From Nitrosopumilaceae archaeon (lineage in GTDB: Archaea; Thermoproteota; Nitrososphaeria; Nitrososphaerales; Nitrosopumilaceae), in the NCBI GenBank assembly GCA_965207375.1, contig CBDBMG010000003.1:868340-932339 (forward strand): a DNA stretch of 64,000 bases, given 5' to 3'. This document shows positions 12,591-23,749 of the stretch, one piece after another. Made by a program: the position numbers and the translations under genes. The first letter of the stretch is position 1. Each line of letters starts with the position of its first letter. The notes beneath the pieces are model-generated. The model did no database searches. It was not told the DNA's origin and worked only from the letters and a program-made list of their open reading frames with translations.

Positions 12591-13444
12591 TGTCTCTTTT
12601 TATTCTTCATTTAAAAGTATATCCTAAACAACAAAAACATCCTGGCTGTAAAAAAAGTACAAGGCCAATCAGAAGCAGCATTGTAAATAGGTATGTAGCT
12701 ATGTATGTGTGACCAAAACTTTGATATCAGGTAAGATAAAGAATAGAACTGGTTAAAACTAGTGCGCTATGCATTTACTTAGTATACTATGCATGGTGTT
12801 TCCTTTTGTCCTTCTCTTTCCTCTATGCAGTCAGTTACTAAGAAGAGAAACTCATAAATAACCCTGCTTACAGTATTAAGTCACAAAAAATAACCGCACA
12901 GTTGTCAAAATGCGTGGTTAATGCTTACTAACTAGCATAATCATTTTTGTATGTATGTATTATCCTGTTAACTGTAAGAGTTATAATTATGGCATATAGC
13001 AGGCTTAGAGAAATAATTTTATGATGTTTCCAACTGTATTTTGCTTAACAACTGGCATGCAAAAATTATCAGGCACCTATGTATGCATCAAAGTTTCAAA
13101 AGTACTGGAAGATGGTGGTATTATTGGAATAGAAGCATTAACACCCGTCCTTGGCTCCACCTCAGACTCATGTAATAACTAAGAATCATACTCAGACCAT
13201 GATATAACTTATACTTATTGAATAAACATAGATAACTCATACTACTAATTCAGTCATATTATGATGTATTCTTAATGTTAATAAATAGGAAAGTTCGACG
13301 TTCTATCAAAAATATTGATACCAAACAGCTGATATTCACTGTGGCCATAATAACAAGGTGAAGTTTTAACCATCACATTTCCATTTCTTTTCAACAAAAT
13401 CAAAGTTACAATATAACTACGTAGTCATATCAAAGAATGTTAGT

Positions 13445-16400
13445 TAGCTACTAGTCATAAACATTGCTTCCTTTACATAATTTCCTGGTACTTGGCAGTT
13501 TTTTCGTAATTTCCTAGGAGCGACACTTTCAGCAGTTGCTTTCATTTTCTTCTGCTTTTGCTCTGACCTGTGCAAATTATGTACATGTGATCACAAAATA
13601 GCTGTAGTATTCATACATACATGTAAACTGTGTTAGTAGTAGTTTAACGTAGTTTACTATGCACGGTGCCTGGTTCGTAGATGGTAAAACATCAGCTTGT
13701 AATTTTATAGCAGAGAGAGGAGATTTCAATTTAACAAACCAATAGTTAACACAGTCAATGGAAGGTAGCTAACAACAAGTACAAAATCGTATGTTTTGGA
13801 AAGTCACAGACCAAAGAGTCATCACTGGGATCACATAACAATCCCTTTATAATCCAGTGTATTAGCAATGCTAAAGTTTTACCTTCTAAAACCAGGCACC
13901 ATATGTCTGTTACTATACGTACTGCTTTGATAAAAAATACAATTGCATCACAGGTAAGTCACATGAACAATGACTCATCACAAAGGAATGCAGCACTGCA
14001 TCCACATTTAAATTCAAATTTTTAAGTCTTATACTGAACAGCTAATACAATGTTATCTTAATCTTCTTTGGTAGTAGCTAACGACATGCTTTGTTTGTTA
14101 CTAAGGCTACACCCATCATCAGTGCCATAATTATAATGAAACTGAAAAGAAGTAGAATTTACTAAACTTCATTAGTCTTTAATACACAGACACAGACGCA
14201 TATCAACATCTGCACAGAAACAATTTCAGGAAACCAGGCATGCACAGGCCACAAGCTGGAGTTGGTTTGTTAAATTGGAATCTCCTTTCTCTGCTATAAC
14301 AAGTTTATATTTCACCATCTAAAAACCAAGCGCTGTGTAAGTTAAACCACTGTTAATCAACTGCTATTCAATGTATTTTAATAGTCACGTGAGTAAAGAC
14401 TCATCATTAAGGAACGCATAGCAATGCATACCTTCGATTGATTGTTTTAACTGTTGGTTAGTTAAAGTGGAATTTCCTGTGTCTGGTATAATCAAAGTGG
14501 TTAAAATTTGTATCATTTCACATGTTAACGTACATTCGATTGATTGTGTTAACTGTTGGTTAGCTAAAGTGTAATTTCCTGTCTCTGCTATAATAAAAAT
14601 GGTTAAAATTTGTATCATTTCACATGTTAACGTACCTTCCATTGATTATTTTAACTGTTAGTTAGTTAAAGTGGAATTTCCTGTGTCTGGTAAAATAAAA
14701 GTGGTTAAAATTTGTATTATTTTACATGTTAACGTACCTTCGATTAATTGTGTTAACTGTTGGTTAGCTAAAGTGTAATTTCCTGTCTCTGCTATAATAA
14801 AAATGGTTAAAATTTGTATCATTTCACATGTTAACGTACCTTCCATTGATTATTTTAACTGTTGGTTAGTTAAAGTGGAATTTCCTATGTCTGGTATAAT
14901 CAAAGTGGTCAAAATTTGTATCATTTCACATGTTAACGTACCTTCCATTGATGGTGTTAACTGCTGGTTAGTTAAAGTGGAATTTCCTGTCTCTGCTATA
15001 ATAAAAGTGGTTAAAATTTGTATCATTTCACATGTTAATGTACCTTCCATTGATGGTGTTAATTGTTGGTTAGTTAAAGTGGAATTTCCTCTTTCTGTAC
15101 AATAAAAATGCTTAAATTTTATACATTACTTTTTACACCTGTTTACTTTCAGTTGATTGTGATAATGGCTGCTGATTAAGATCTTGTTGAAATTCTGAAA
15201 ATGTAATAAGGTTACAACATTTTAGCATTTCCTCATCAAAATAGTTGCTTACTTGAAAGTAAGTTTTCTTTGATTTTGTCATCGAATATGTCCATATAAA
15301 GAATAATTGCTTTTGCTTTGCCATTTTTAAAATTAATTGCACAATTGCACTCTCCAACTTCATGACTAGCCTTTCTTGCTTTTCTAACCTCTGCTGCTAG
15401 TTCTTCCTTTTTCATTGGTAAAATAAAAGGAACTCCCTCAAATCGAACAGCTATTGCTGGTCTTTTCTGTCCCTTTCGGTTAGGTAATATTCTGATAAAC
15501 TGATTAAACTAAATTAGAGAGTTTTGTAATGTAATACAAAAGGTATTCTGTTGTCAAAGTTATTTAGCATTTTTCAGTACAGTAATCACAGCTTATAAGT
15601 ATTACTTTTATAGCAATGCCACAAGTCTGTATGAATAATACAGGTGTCACAGTCAAGTGGCAAATATAGCAAGGGGCGAAGCTACCTGTAAGTGCTATAT
15701 TTGTCATGAGACACTCACTGAGTGCTGTATTTTTCATATGAAAGAAGTGCAGTGCTTTAAGTCTTAAAATTCACATTTCTTTATATATAGCATTAACAAA
15801 GAAATTGCATTTATACTATTTGAAGACTAATTGTGTCAATAAGCCAAAATTCCATAAATACTCTACCATATTATGTCTACCCAACCACAGTTCTATAACT
15901 ACCCAACCACATGCACACTCCCATATCATACCTTATACAATACCTACCCAGCCCATAACCCTACCCACTAGCTTGAAACAACTATTGGGTTGCGCCACCA
16001 CTGTGGGCTGGCTAATCAATAATAACTTTACTAGAATGTACATATCAATCCCAAACCATTAATATTGTTTTAGCATACATGATTATGTAGCTATCATACA
16101 TATATGAGAAGCCTTGGCAAATTGAAGTTAACTTGTACAAGCACACTAGTGATTTTATGAAAAATAACCACTGCATTTGATCCTCCCATGCATAATACTA
16201 CGTATACATATATTTTGGTCAACTCATTTTTTTAGTGATATTGTGATAGCGTACTGTAAGTCACTCAAAGTCATGCATGTTTTGCATAAACTTATTACGT
16301 ACCATTAATGATTATGCGTGTATACTTCAGGACTCACGTGATAAAATAACATTTGTGTTACCAAGTGACAGAATCACCTCAGTGTTATTAGTAGATTAAG

Positions 16401-19400
16401 ATATCAAACTAAGGAAGCTTTAAAAAGGCACAATTCACCGAAAGCCACATAGTAGCACATTAAGTTGTGCACCTGTACATTTCCATTAGCCAGACACTCT
16501 TGTGCAGGTGCTTATCAATTAGAGATGATACGTAAGTTCCGCAGCACATGGCACAACAATTAAAATTTCTAATCAGTTATCGCCTATGCATACGAGACAT
16601 GTTTTCAAAACCTAAAGTTACACAGCAATTTAAGCCTGTTAATAAAGATCCAATACATTTTAGGCACCTCGTACTAGATGATAGATCCGATCGATCTCAT
16701 AGGTGGCCCTGCCAGGCTAATAAGGACATGTTAGTATATCCCATGTAATTCTGCACAAAAAGTATACACAATATATTGAGCTGTGTAAAGGCGGTGCACG
16801 ACTTTCGGTGACTTACGCTATGCAAGCCTAAAAATAACTAAAAGTAGTTACTTACAAATATTGTTTCAATCAATGGGATTTAAGTTACGTACAGTTATAC
16901 CCCAGTACAAGTATAATATCATAGTTATTATCCAAAGCTGAGGACACAACAGATATTTAGCAAGCATTAGTTAATATTATACGTATCTCTTTGAATTTAA
17001 GAGAATTATTTTTCAATCAAAAATCAGCCAAATAAGGATTTGTTTAGTGGGATATATAAAGTTATATGCCATGCAGTACACTGGTATCGACCATGCTAGC
17101 TTGTGCTTTTGATACTTAATGTTTTGATTACCTTTTAACGCCATCCGACTGGCGCACGCCTGGCTTCTATTTCTTTTATCCAGGAAGTGTGTATGCATGT
17201 GTGTGTGTGCGTGCGTGTGTGTGTGCGTGCTCCCAGGCTATGAAAACCATTCACATGAAATGAAGCCTGAACAACCAATCAAACAAGTCCTACTGCCTGT
17301 CAGTTCTTTATGTGGCCCTTACTATCGATATAACTGATGGGCGTGGCTTTAGTAACAAAGTGTGTCGTGAGTTACTGTCGAAAAAGAGCAAGCTTAAGGT
17401 AATACTATACATATTTGCCATTCAATTCATAACAAAGACATTTACATTACTAACAAGACAAAGTTAAAAGTGGGCATACTATGCAGGTTGTGAAGCTTAT
17501 AAAAGAAGGCTACCCTATAGTGTTACAGTAAGAATTTGGCTTTATATGACTTTTTAAAAAACTAAATACTGGAGTATAATGGTGATTTAAACATAGGAAT
17601 TAAATTTGTATACATACATTGTTATGTGTGAGTCTGAATTTAATAGCAGTAGATTTACACAGCACCTGGTTTTTAGATGGTAAAACATCACCTTGCTATG
17701 GACAGGCTTATTAGTCTTTAGGAAAATAATCTTCAATATTATAGCAAATTCTAAATAATGCACATCATAATAAACTCGTGCATTACTTAGTAATGACTGA
17801 ACTGTGCAGGTGTTAAGACTAACAACCATTCAGCAGAAAGTAAGCTCCACCTCAGCCTCATGCAAATTAACAAAGGATATCTGGCCTTATACGGGGTTTA
17901 ACTAATACATACATATGTATAAAGCCACACCTCATTTGTATCCAAATCTTCACAACCTTGTAGCAAAGCAGTAGCAAAGCGGTTGAATATATTGCTCTCC
18001 TCCTTACTGACTTCCTGGCTTTTAGGATCACTTGGATCAGCCTCCAAAAGTATTGGTAATACAGTTTCTATCATATGCTTCAGCACTCTTGCTTTCATTT
18101 CTTTAGCAGATGAGTCATTTAAGCCATAATCAAGCATCTGTTAGATACACATGAAAGAAATCAGTAACATACATAGAATTTCTGTTATTTAATGCTCATT
18201 AACACCTAGGACTCTTTGCACATATAATGAAATGTAAAAGTTTACCTTGTTTGTAAAGTAGAGTAAAATTGAACATCCTGTAACAACTCGGGGGTCGGAA
18301 ATTCCAACAATTTCAAAGAATATAGGATTTAGTAATTGCAGAATTTCTTCACGACCTTCAGTCTTAAGATCAGTTTCAATCCTTACTACGACACCAGCCA
18401 TAGAAGAAGCTGCTTTTAAATGGTTGGGTAGTTGTTGAAATGCTGCTGCCTGCATTGAATCCATAGGTCCTACTTTGGGAAGGTTGAATGGAACTAGCAG
18501 TGTGCGTGATGAAATTCTGTAAAATAAAACAGTAATTTTGTACCAAAATATGCACTCAGCATATATACATTTACCTTTCATTTTTTCCAAATGTGAAATT
18601 ACTGCTATAGAGAGGGCACGTTAATGGAAGTAGGCTACCACAAGCCACATTTGCTGAAATTGTGCCATTGTAGAATGAAACAATTACGTCTGCCACATCA
18701 ACAGGAAAGCTTGGATCATCTATTCTAAATGGTAAATTTGAAATTGTTGACCTTTGAAGGCAAAAGGCTTTGCTACATTTCATGTAGTGGTTTTTAGCAT
18801 TGTCGGCTCCAAAAAGTGACAGCGCTGCATGGATTGAAACTATTTTCCCGGTTGAAACTGGCCCAGAGACCATTACTTGTGGGCACAATCGAAACAGTTT
18901 TATTAGTTCTTGGTAGTGGAAGGTCATTATTCCAGCACCCATCATTAACACACAACTTAAAAAGTTATACATCAAACAAGTTTCCAATGTGTTTAGTAAT
19001 GCTGGAAATGATGCAGTAGACAGAGGCAACTCCAAATCACATGTTATTTCTTCCAGTGACAGCTCCTTTGAGTTGTTTCCTAATAATACAGAATACTTCA
19101 GCCACACATAATTGTGTTCAGAGTAACTTATGATGTGGCCATTACTGTTTAAAGCCACCTTGTCTGAAAAAAACCACACTTTTCCGCAGACTTGTTTGCC
19201 TAATGATGAAACTCCCGCTCGTGCTACATAATCTGGTTGGTCCTTATGAAAGCATTGCCGCTTATAGCTTATGTACTGTGCAAGCTCTTTGTCACTAAAT
19301 GAACACATCATTCTGCCACTCCCAAAGGTCGAATTTATTTGATTGATGAAATCCAATTTTCTGTGGACTGCAGCTATTGTAATATTATACTTACATAATG

Positions 19401-19845
19401 AATGTAAAGGAATATTAAAAATCTTACCTCTTCTCTTGGTCAAATTGCCGTGTAATTTTGCAACAATATCCGGTTTGTTGTTTTGCTTCAACAAAATCCA
19501 CTAACTGCATACCAAAGTCTGACTTAGGTAGATATAAATTACCCCTGTATATTCTAAATGACGATTCCTTATCACAGAATCTATATGGATTGTCCACTGT
19601 GACTTCATCAGGATCAATAAGGCGCACTTCAAGATCACTACTCATATTGATATTACTAAGTCACTTGCAGAAATGAGCATTTCATTTAAAGTCTCACTGT
19701 ATATAAATGGCTCTTTGCTTTGATGCTCAGTGTGAAAAATAAATCAAAGACAATATTGATGACACCTATTCAACTCAGTGCATCATGAAGTCACACCAAT
19801 GGTCATGATGCTTTGTAGGTCTCATTTGATGTTAAGTGTACCTAA
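13445..19845 (-). pseudogene. Multi-exon P-loop ATPase (AAA+/SF3/DUF927-helicase-like) with repetitive C-terminal tail
   Basis: Walker A GPVSTGKI, Walker B-like PFRIDDP, SSNF, ISSR. Phase-compatible joins at 18575/18516 and 18246/18137; open exon 15491-15253; tandem mini-exons; candidate terminal exon ~13567-13445. Linkage of the downstream exons to this gene is inferred. Confidence 0.7.
14420..15105 (-). repeat. 102-bp tandem repeat (~7 copies), each an intron plus mini-exon unit
   Basis: Unit = GTACGTT...TTATAG (48 nt) plus CAGAGACAGG...GAAG (54 nt, phase 1-1). Confidence 0.8.
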
Positions 19846-20151
19846 ATGACCTTTACTTTGATATGTAGCTAAACTCAAGGCATCATTAACAATTACATAA
19901 GGGGAAAGACATTTTATAAAGTAGATATAAGTTTAAGCCAAATGGTAATTCAAAATAGACATATGTATCCTTAGAAGAATACGTACGTACATACATACAT
20001 ACACACAATTAAACTTTAAGTAGAAGAATAAAAGGATATTTAACTGAGTTAACCACAGATCTAGAGTCACTGTATCACTAAACATAGCTACATAGCTACA
20101 TGTGCAGTAGCCCATAACATGATATTATTTTGCAAGTATTGATTTATGTCT

Positions 20152-21626
20152 CATAAGAACCACCAAAACCTTTAGAACCATTAAAACCACTAGAAACAGT
20201 AGAACCATCAGAACTGCTAGAACCATTAGAAACACTAGACCCATCAGAACCGTTAGAATCATTTTCCACCATTAGAACCATCAGAACCATTAGAACCATC
20301 AGAACCGTTAGAACCATTAGAACCACTAGAACCATTAGAACCATTAAAACTATCAGAACCACTAGAACCATCAGAACCACTAGAACCATTAGAACCACTA
20401 GAACCATCAGAACCAGTAGAACCATCAGAACCATCTGAACTACTAGAACCATCAGAACAACTAGAACCATTAGAACCATCAGAACCACTAGAACCATTAG
20501 AACTATCAAAACCACTAGAACCATTAGAACCATCAGAACCATTAGAACCATCATAACCATCAGAACCACTAGAACCATTAGAACTATCAGAACCACTAGA
20601 ACCATCAGAACCACTAGAACCATTAGAACCATCAAAACCACCAGAACCACTAGAACCATCAGAACCATTAGAACCATCAGAACCACTAGAACCATTAGAA
20701 CCACTAGAACCATCAGAACCATAAGAACTACTAGAACCATTAGAACCATCAGAACTACTAGAACCATCAGAACCACTAGAACCATTATAACCATTAGAAC
20801 CACTAGAACCATCAGAACCATTAGAACCATCAGAACCATCAGAACCACTAGAACCATTAGAACCACCAGAACCATTAGAACCATCAGAACCATCAGAAAT
20901 ATTAGAACCATCAGAACTACTAGAACCATCAGAACCACTAGAACCATTAGAACTATCAGAACCACTAGAACCATCAGAACCACTAGAACCATTAGAACCA
21001 TTAGAACCACTAGAACCATCAGAACCAGTAGAACCATCAGAACCATCTGAACTACTAGAACCTTCAGAACCACTAGAACCATTAGAACCATCAGAACCAC
21101 TAGAACCATTAGAACTATCAAAACCACTAGAACCATTAGAACCATCAGAACCATTAGAACCATCAGAACCATCAGAACCACTAGAACCATTAGAACTATC
21201 AGAACCACTAGAACCATCAGAACCACTAGAACCATTAGAACCATCAAAACCACCAGAACCACTAGAACCATCAGAACCATTAGAACCATCAGAACCACTA
21301 GAACCATTAGAACCACTAGAACCATCAGAACCATAAGAACTACTAGAACCATTAGAACCATCAGAACTACTAGAACCATCAGAACCACTAGAACCATTAT
21401 AACCATTAGAACCACTAGAACCATCAGAACCATTAGAACCATCAGAACCACTAGAACCATTAGAACCACCAGAACCATTAGAACCATCAGAACCATCAGA
21501 AACATTAGAACCATCAGAACTACTAGAACCATCAGAACCACTAGAACCATTAGAACCAATAACCACTAGAACCATTAGAACCATCAGAACCACTAGAACC
21601 ATCAGAACCATTAGAACCAGTAGAAC
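20152..21626 (-). repeat. Right subterminal array of 9-bp units, inverted relative to the left array
   Basis: AGAACC-ATC/ATT/ACT tandem array; rare variants recur at a 603-612 bp period. Confidence 0.95.
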
Positions 21627-21725
21627 ATTCCTCAAGCATTTAATTTATAAATACTGCACTGGAATAAATGTTATTTACATATATTTATAATTCATATTTT
21701 GTGATTCTTATATGGGGAAACAACC

Positions 21726-22686
21726 GTTTGACCACTGCTTTTGCAGCACCTAAAGCCTGTGCTATAGTGCTGATACTGAATCCTTCCATAATACATTACT
21801 GTAGACACTGAGCAGCACAGTTCACACTTTTCCACTGCTTGTCATCTTCTAAAAGACGTCCTGCCCGTTGAAAATTAGACCCTTGATCGTGAACAATAGC
21901 AAATATTTTGTTATCATCAATTTGGTACTCACTAACAACCTCCTTCAACTTCTCCACAATGTTGTCACCTGTGTGCTGCTCTGGAAACGAATAAGTAGCC
22001 AGAGTATAGCTCTTCATTTCCCAACAATCATCAATAAAATGTACAGTCAATGAAATGTAAGCTTCGTTAGCAAAGCTAGTCCAAATATCTGTTGTCATAG
22101 AATACTTTGTTGTATTTTCAGCTAAAACTTTCTTCAATTTTTCCTTCACCATAGCATACTTCCGACCAACAACATCCATTATGTGGACTGACGATGGAAC
22201 TACACAGCCAGGCTCTAGGAAAGATAAAAGTCGCTTAAACCCTTCTCCATCAACGACAGCAGCAGGTCGTAAATCTTTAGTCACCATGAACGCAATTAAT
22301 TCTATTATCTTTTTACTACGTGCTGGTGTACACTTATGGCGATTAAGGAAAGTATCCATGCTGGTTTGCTGCTTGTTGCCGCTTCCGACGGTATCGTTCC
22401 TTTTATATTTATCTTTGTGATAACGAATCAAATGATCTCTCAGGTTACTTGTTGCTCCGAGGTAAGAGTATTCATTGTTGCACAATCGGCACAGCATTTT
22501 CTTTCTGCCTGTGTCCTTAGTAAAGTAGTCCCACACGTCTGAGCGGTATTTCTTAGGCCTTAGGCTATCGCTACTATCCACAAAAATACTTTCTGTTTCA
22601 CTCACTGCAGTCGCTGGGTTATCCTCGCTACTTCTTTCACTCCGAGTTTCGCTCCTAGTCTCGCTAGAACTTTCGTCAGATTCCAT
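21726..22686 (-). pseudogene. hAT transposase, N-terminal half (BED zinc finger and catalytic core start)
   Basis: SDVWDYF...CRLC...TSNLRDHLIRYH; SMTTDIWTS; IVHDQGSNF; CAAQCLQ*CIMEG...AKAVVK joins KHFHHS across the insertion; one premature stop. Confidence 0.95.
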
Positions 22687-23749
22687 GTTCACTTTCACCA
22701 ACAACGGATATTGTTGTACTTTTCCGCATACTATTCTTTCATATAATTCGAAGCACTCAACCCACATTCGAAAGTTCGTTCATTCGAACGAATGTTCGAA
22801 TCCAGCTAAGTTCGTTTGGGCCCTAACTTATACATTATCGTCTATCACTGTAATTGCTTTACTGTTTATCATATCGGTACAAATTTCTAGATACCATTGA
22901 CCTGTTCATGTAGCTGCACTGTTGCTTGTACACTGAGAACGTACAGTGTATAATTATTATTGCACGTGAAGGACCGCAGGTCATAAGTGGTAAGTGTATA
23001 CATACCATCTATCATAGCCCCATGGAAGTTGTCTCGCTCTGTTGCAACTCAGATCATTAAACTAAATGAATTCTGTAGCATGGACATTCAAGAATCCTGA
23101 TCCTGATGATTTAAGTATACACGACCATATAGGGAGGAGGTTTTCTTGGGTTCTAGAAACCCCCTAGAACTTCTGGTTATTCTTGTACCACATCAATGTA
23201 CAAGAAGTGCAATAGAATTTTGCGGATCAATGATTTCTAATATATAGCAGTCAAAGGCTCTGTTACAGCAGTCAGCTTTAATATTGAGTGTACTATAAGG
23301 CTATACCTATTTGAAAAATATTTTTCTGTATTAAAGTTGGGTTAGTAGGTTGTTATAAGATAAAACCAATAAGGTACAAAATAGTTTTTAGTGCAGCCCA
23401 TGCATAATATTATTTTTACATTGAATTGAGCAATTATTTAGTGGCCGGGTTGCAATACAGTAACAGTTTCAAATGTATCTGTCCACTCACAGCACAAAAT
23501 TGCATACAGATAAACAACAGATTTTCCATGAAAACAGGTGCTTGTCACCAATTCTTCGTAATATTAATCACATGAATTTCATGTGACTTTTTAGCGCTTA
23601 TGTAAAGTCAGTCAGTCAGTCAGGTCAGAGCAACAGCTTCAAATAGGCCATAGAGTACTGATACCACCACACAAATCGCATCTTTCAGTCATATATATCA
23701 ACTAAAAATTGTTAACTATATAGCTATTGTATAAATTTGTACCGCAATG

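Larger units (their letters stand above)
8155..21725 (-). mobile_element. Giant TIR DNA transposon (Zisupton/KDZ-like) carrying transposase-OTU-CXC and P-loop ATPase genes
   Basis: Ends GGTTGTTTCCCCATATAAG.../...CTTATATGGGGAAACAACC; ~100-bp TIR with 2 mismatches; inverted 9-bp arrays; 8-bp TSD gtttgacc (8147-8154, 21726-21733). Confidence 0.9.
7025..22825 (-). mobile_element. Complete hAT (Ac/ZBED1-like) transposon interrupted by a 13.6-kb insertion
   Basis: TIR tagggcccaaacgaa / ttcgtttgggcccta; perfect 8-bp TSD acttatac (7017-7024, 22826-22833). Confidence 0.95.

Noticed and set aside
14420-15105. CRISPR-like periodicity
   Set aside because: Whole units repeat with no unique spacers; eukaryotic context and no cas genes
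20144-21635. GSDGSN and VLM repeat ORFs (DSPP-like appearance)
   Set aside because: Same 9-bp array inverted; no splice or start context supports translation
8154-21726. Polinton or endogenous virus reading (CGG ends with 6-bp TSD tttgac)
   Set aside because: The boundary is formally ambiguous by 1 bp, but no polB, capsid or rve integrase lies inside, and the 8-bp TSD fits the transposase type better
7197-22767. Two separate ZBED-like genes
   Set aside because: They are halves of one hAT transposase split by the insertion; the MGKQP start of the 323-aa ORF comes from the inserted element's TIR
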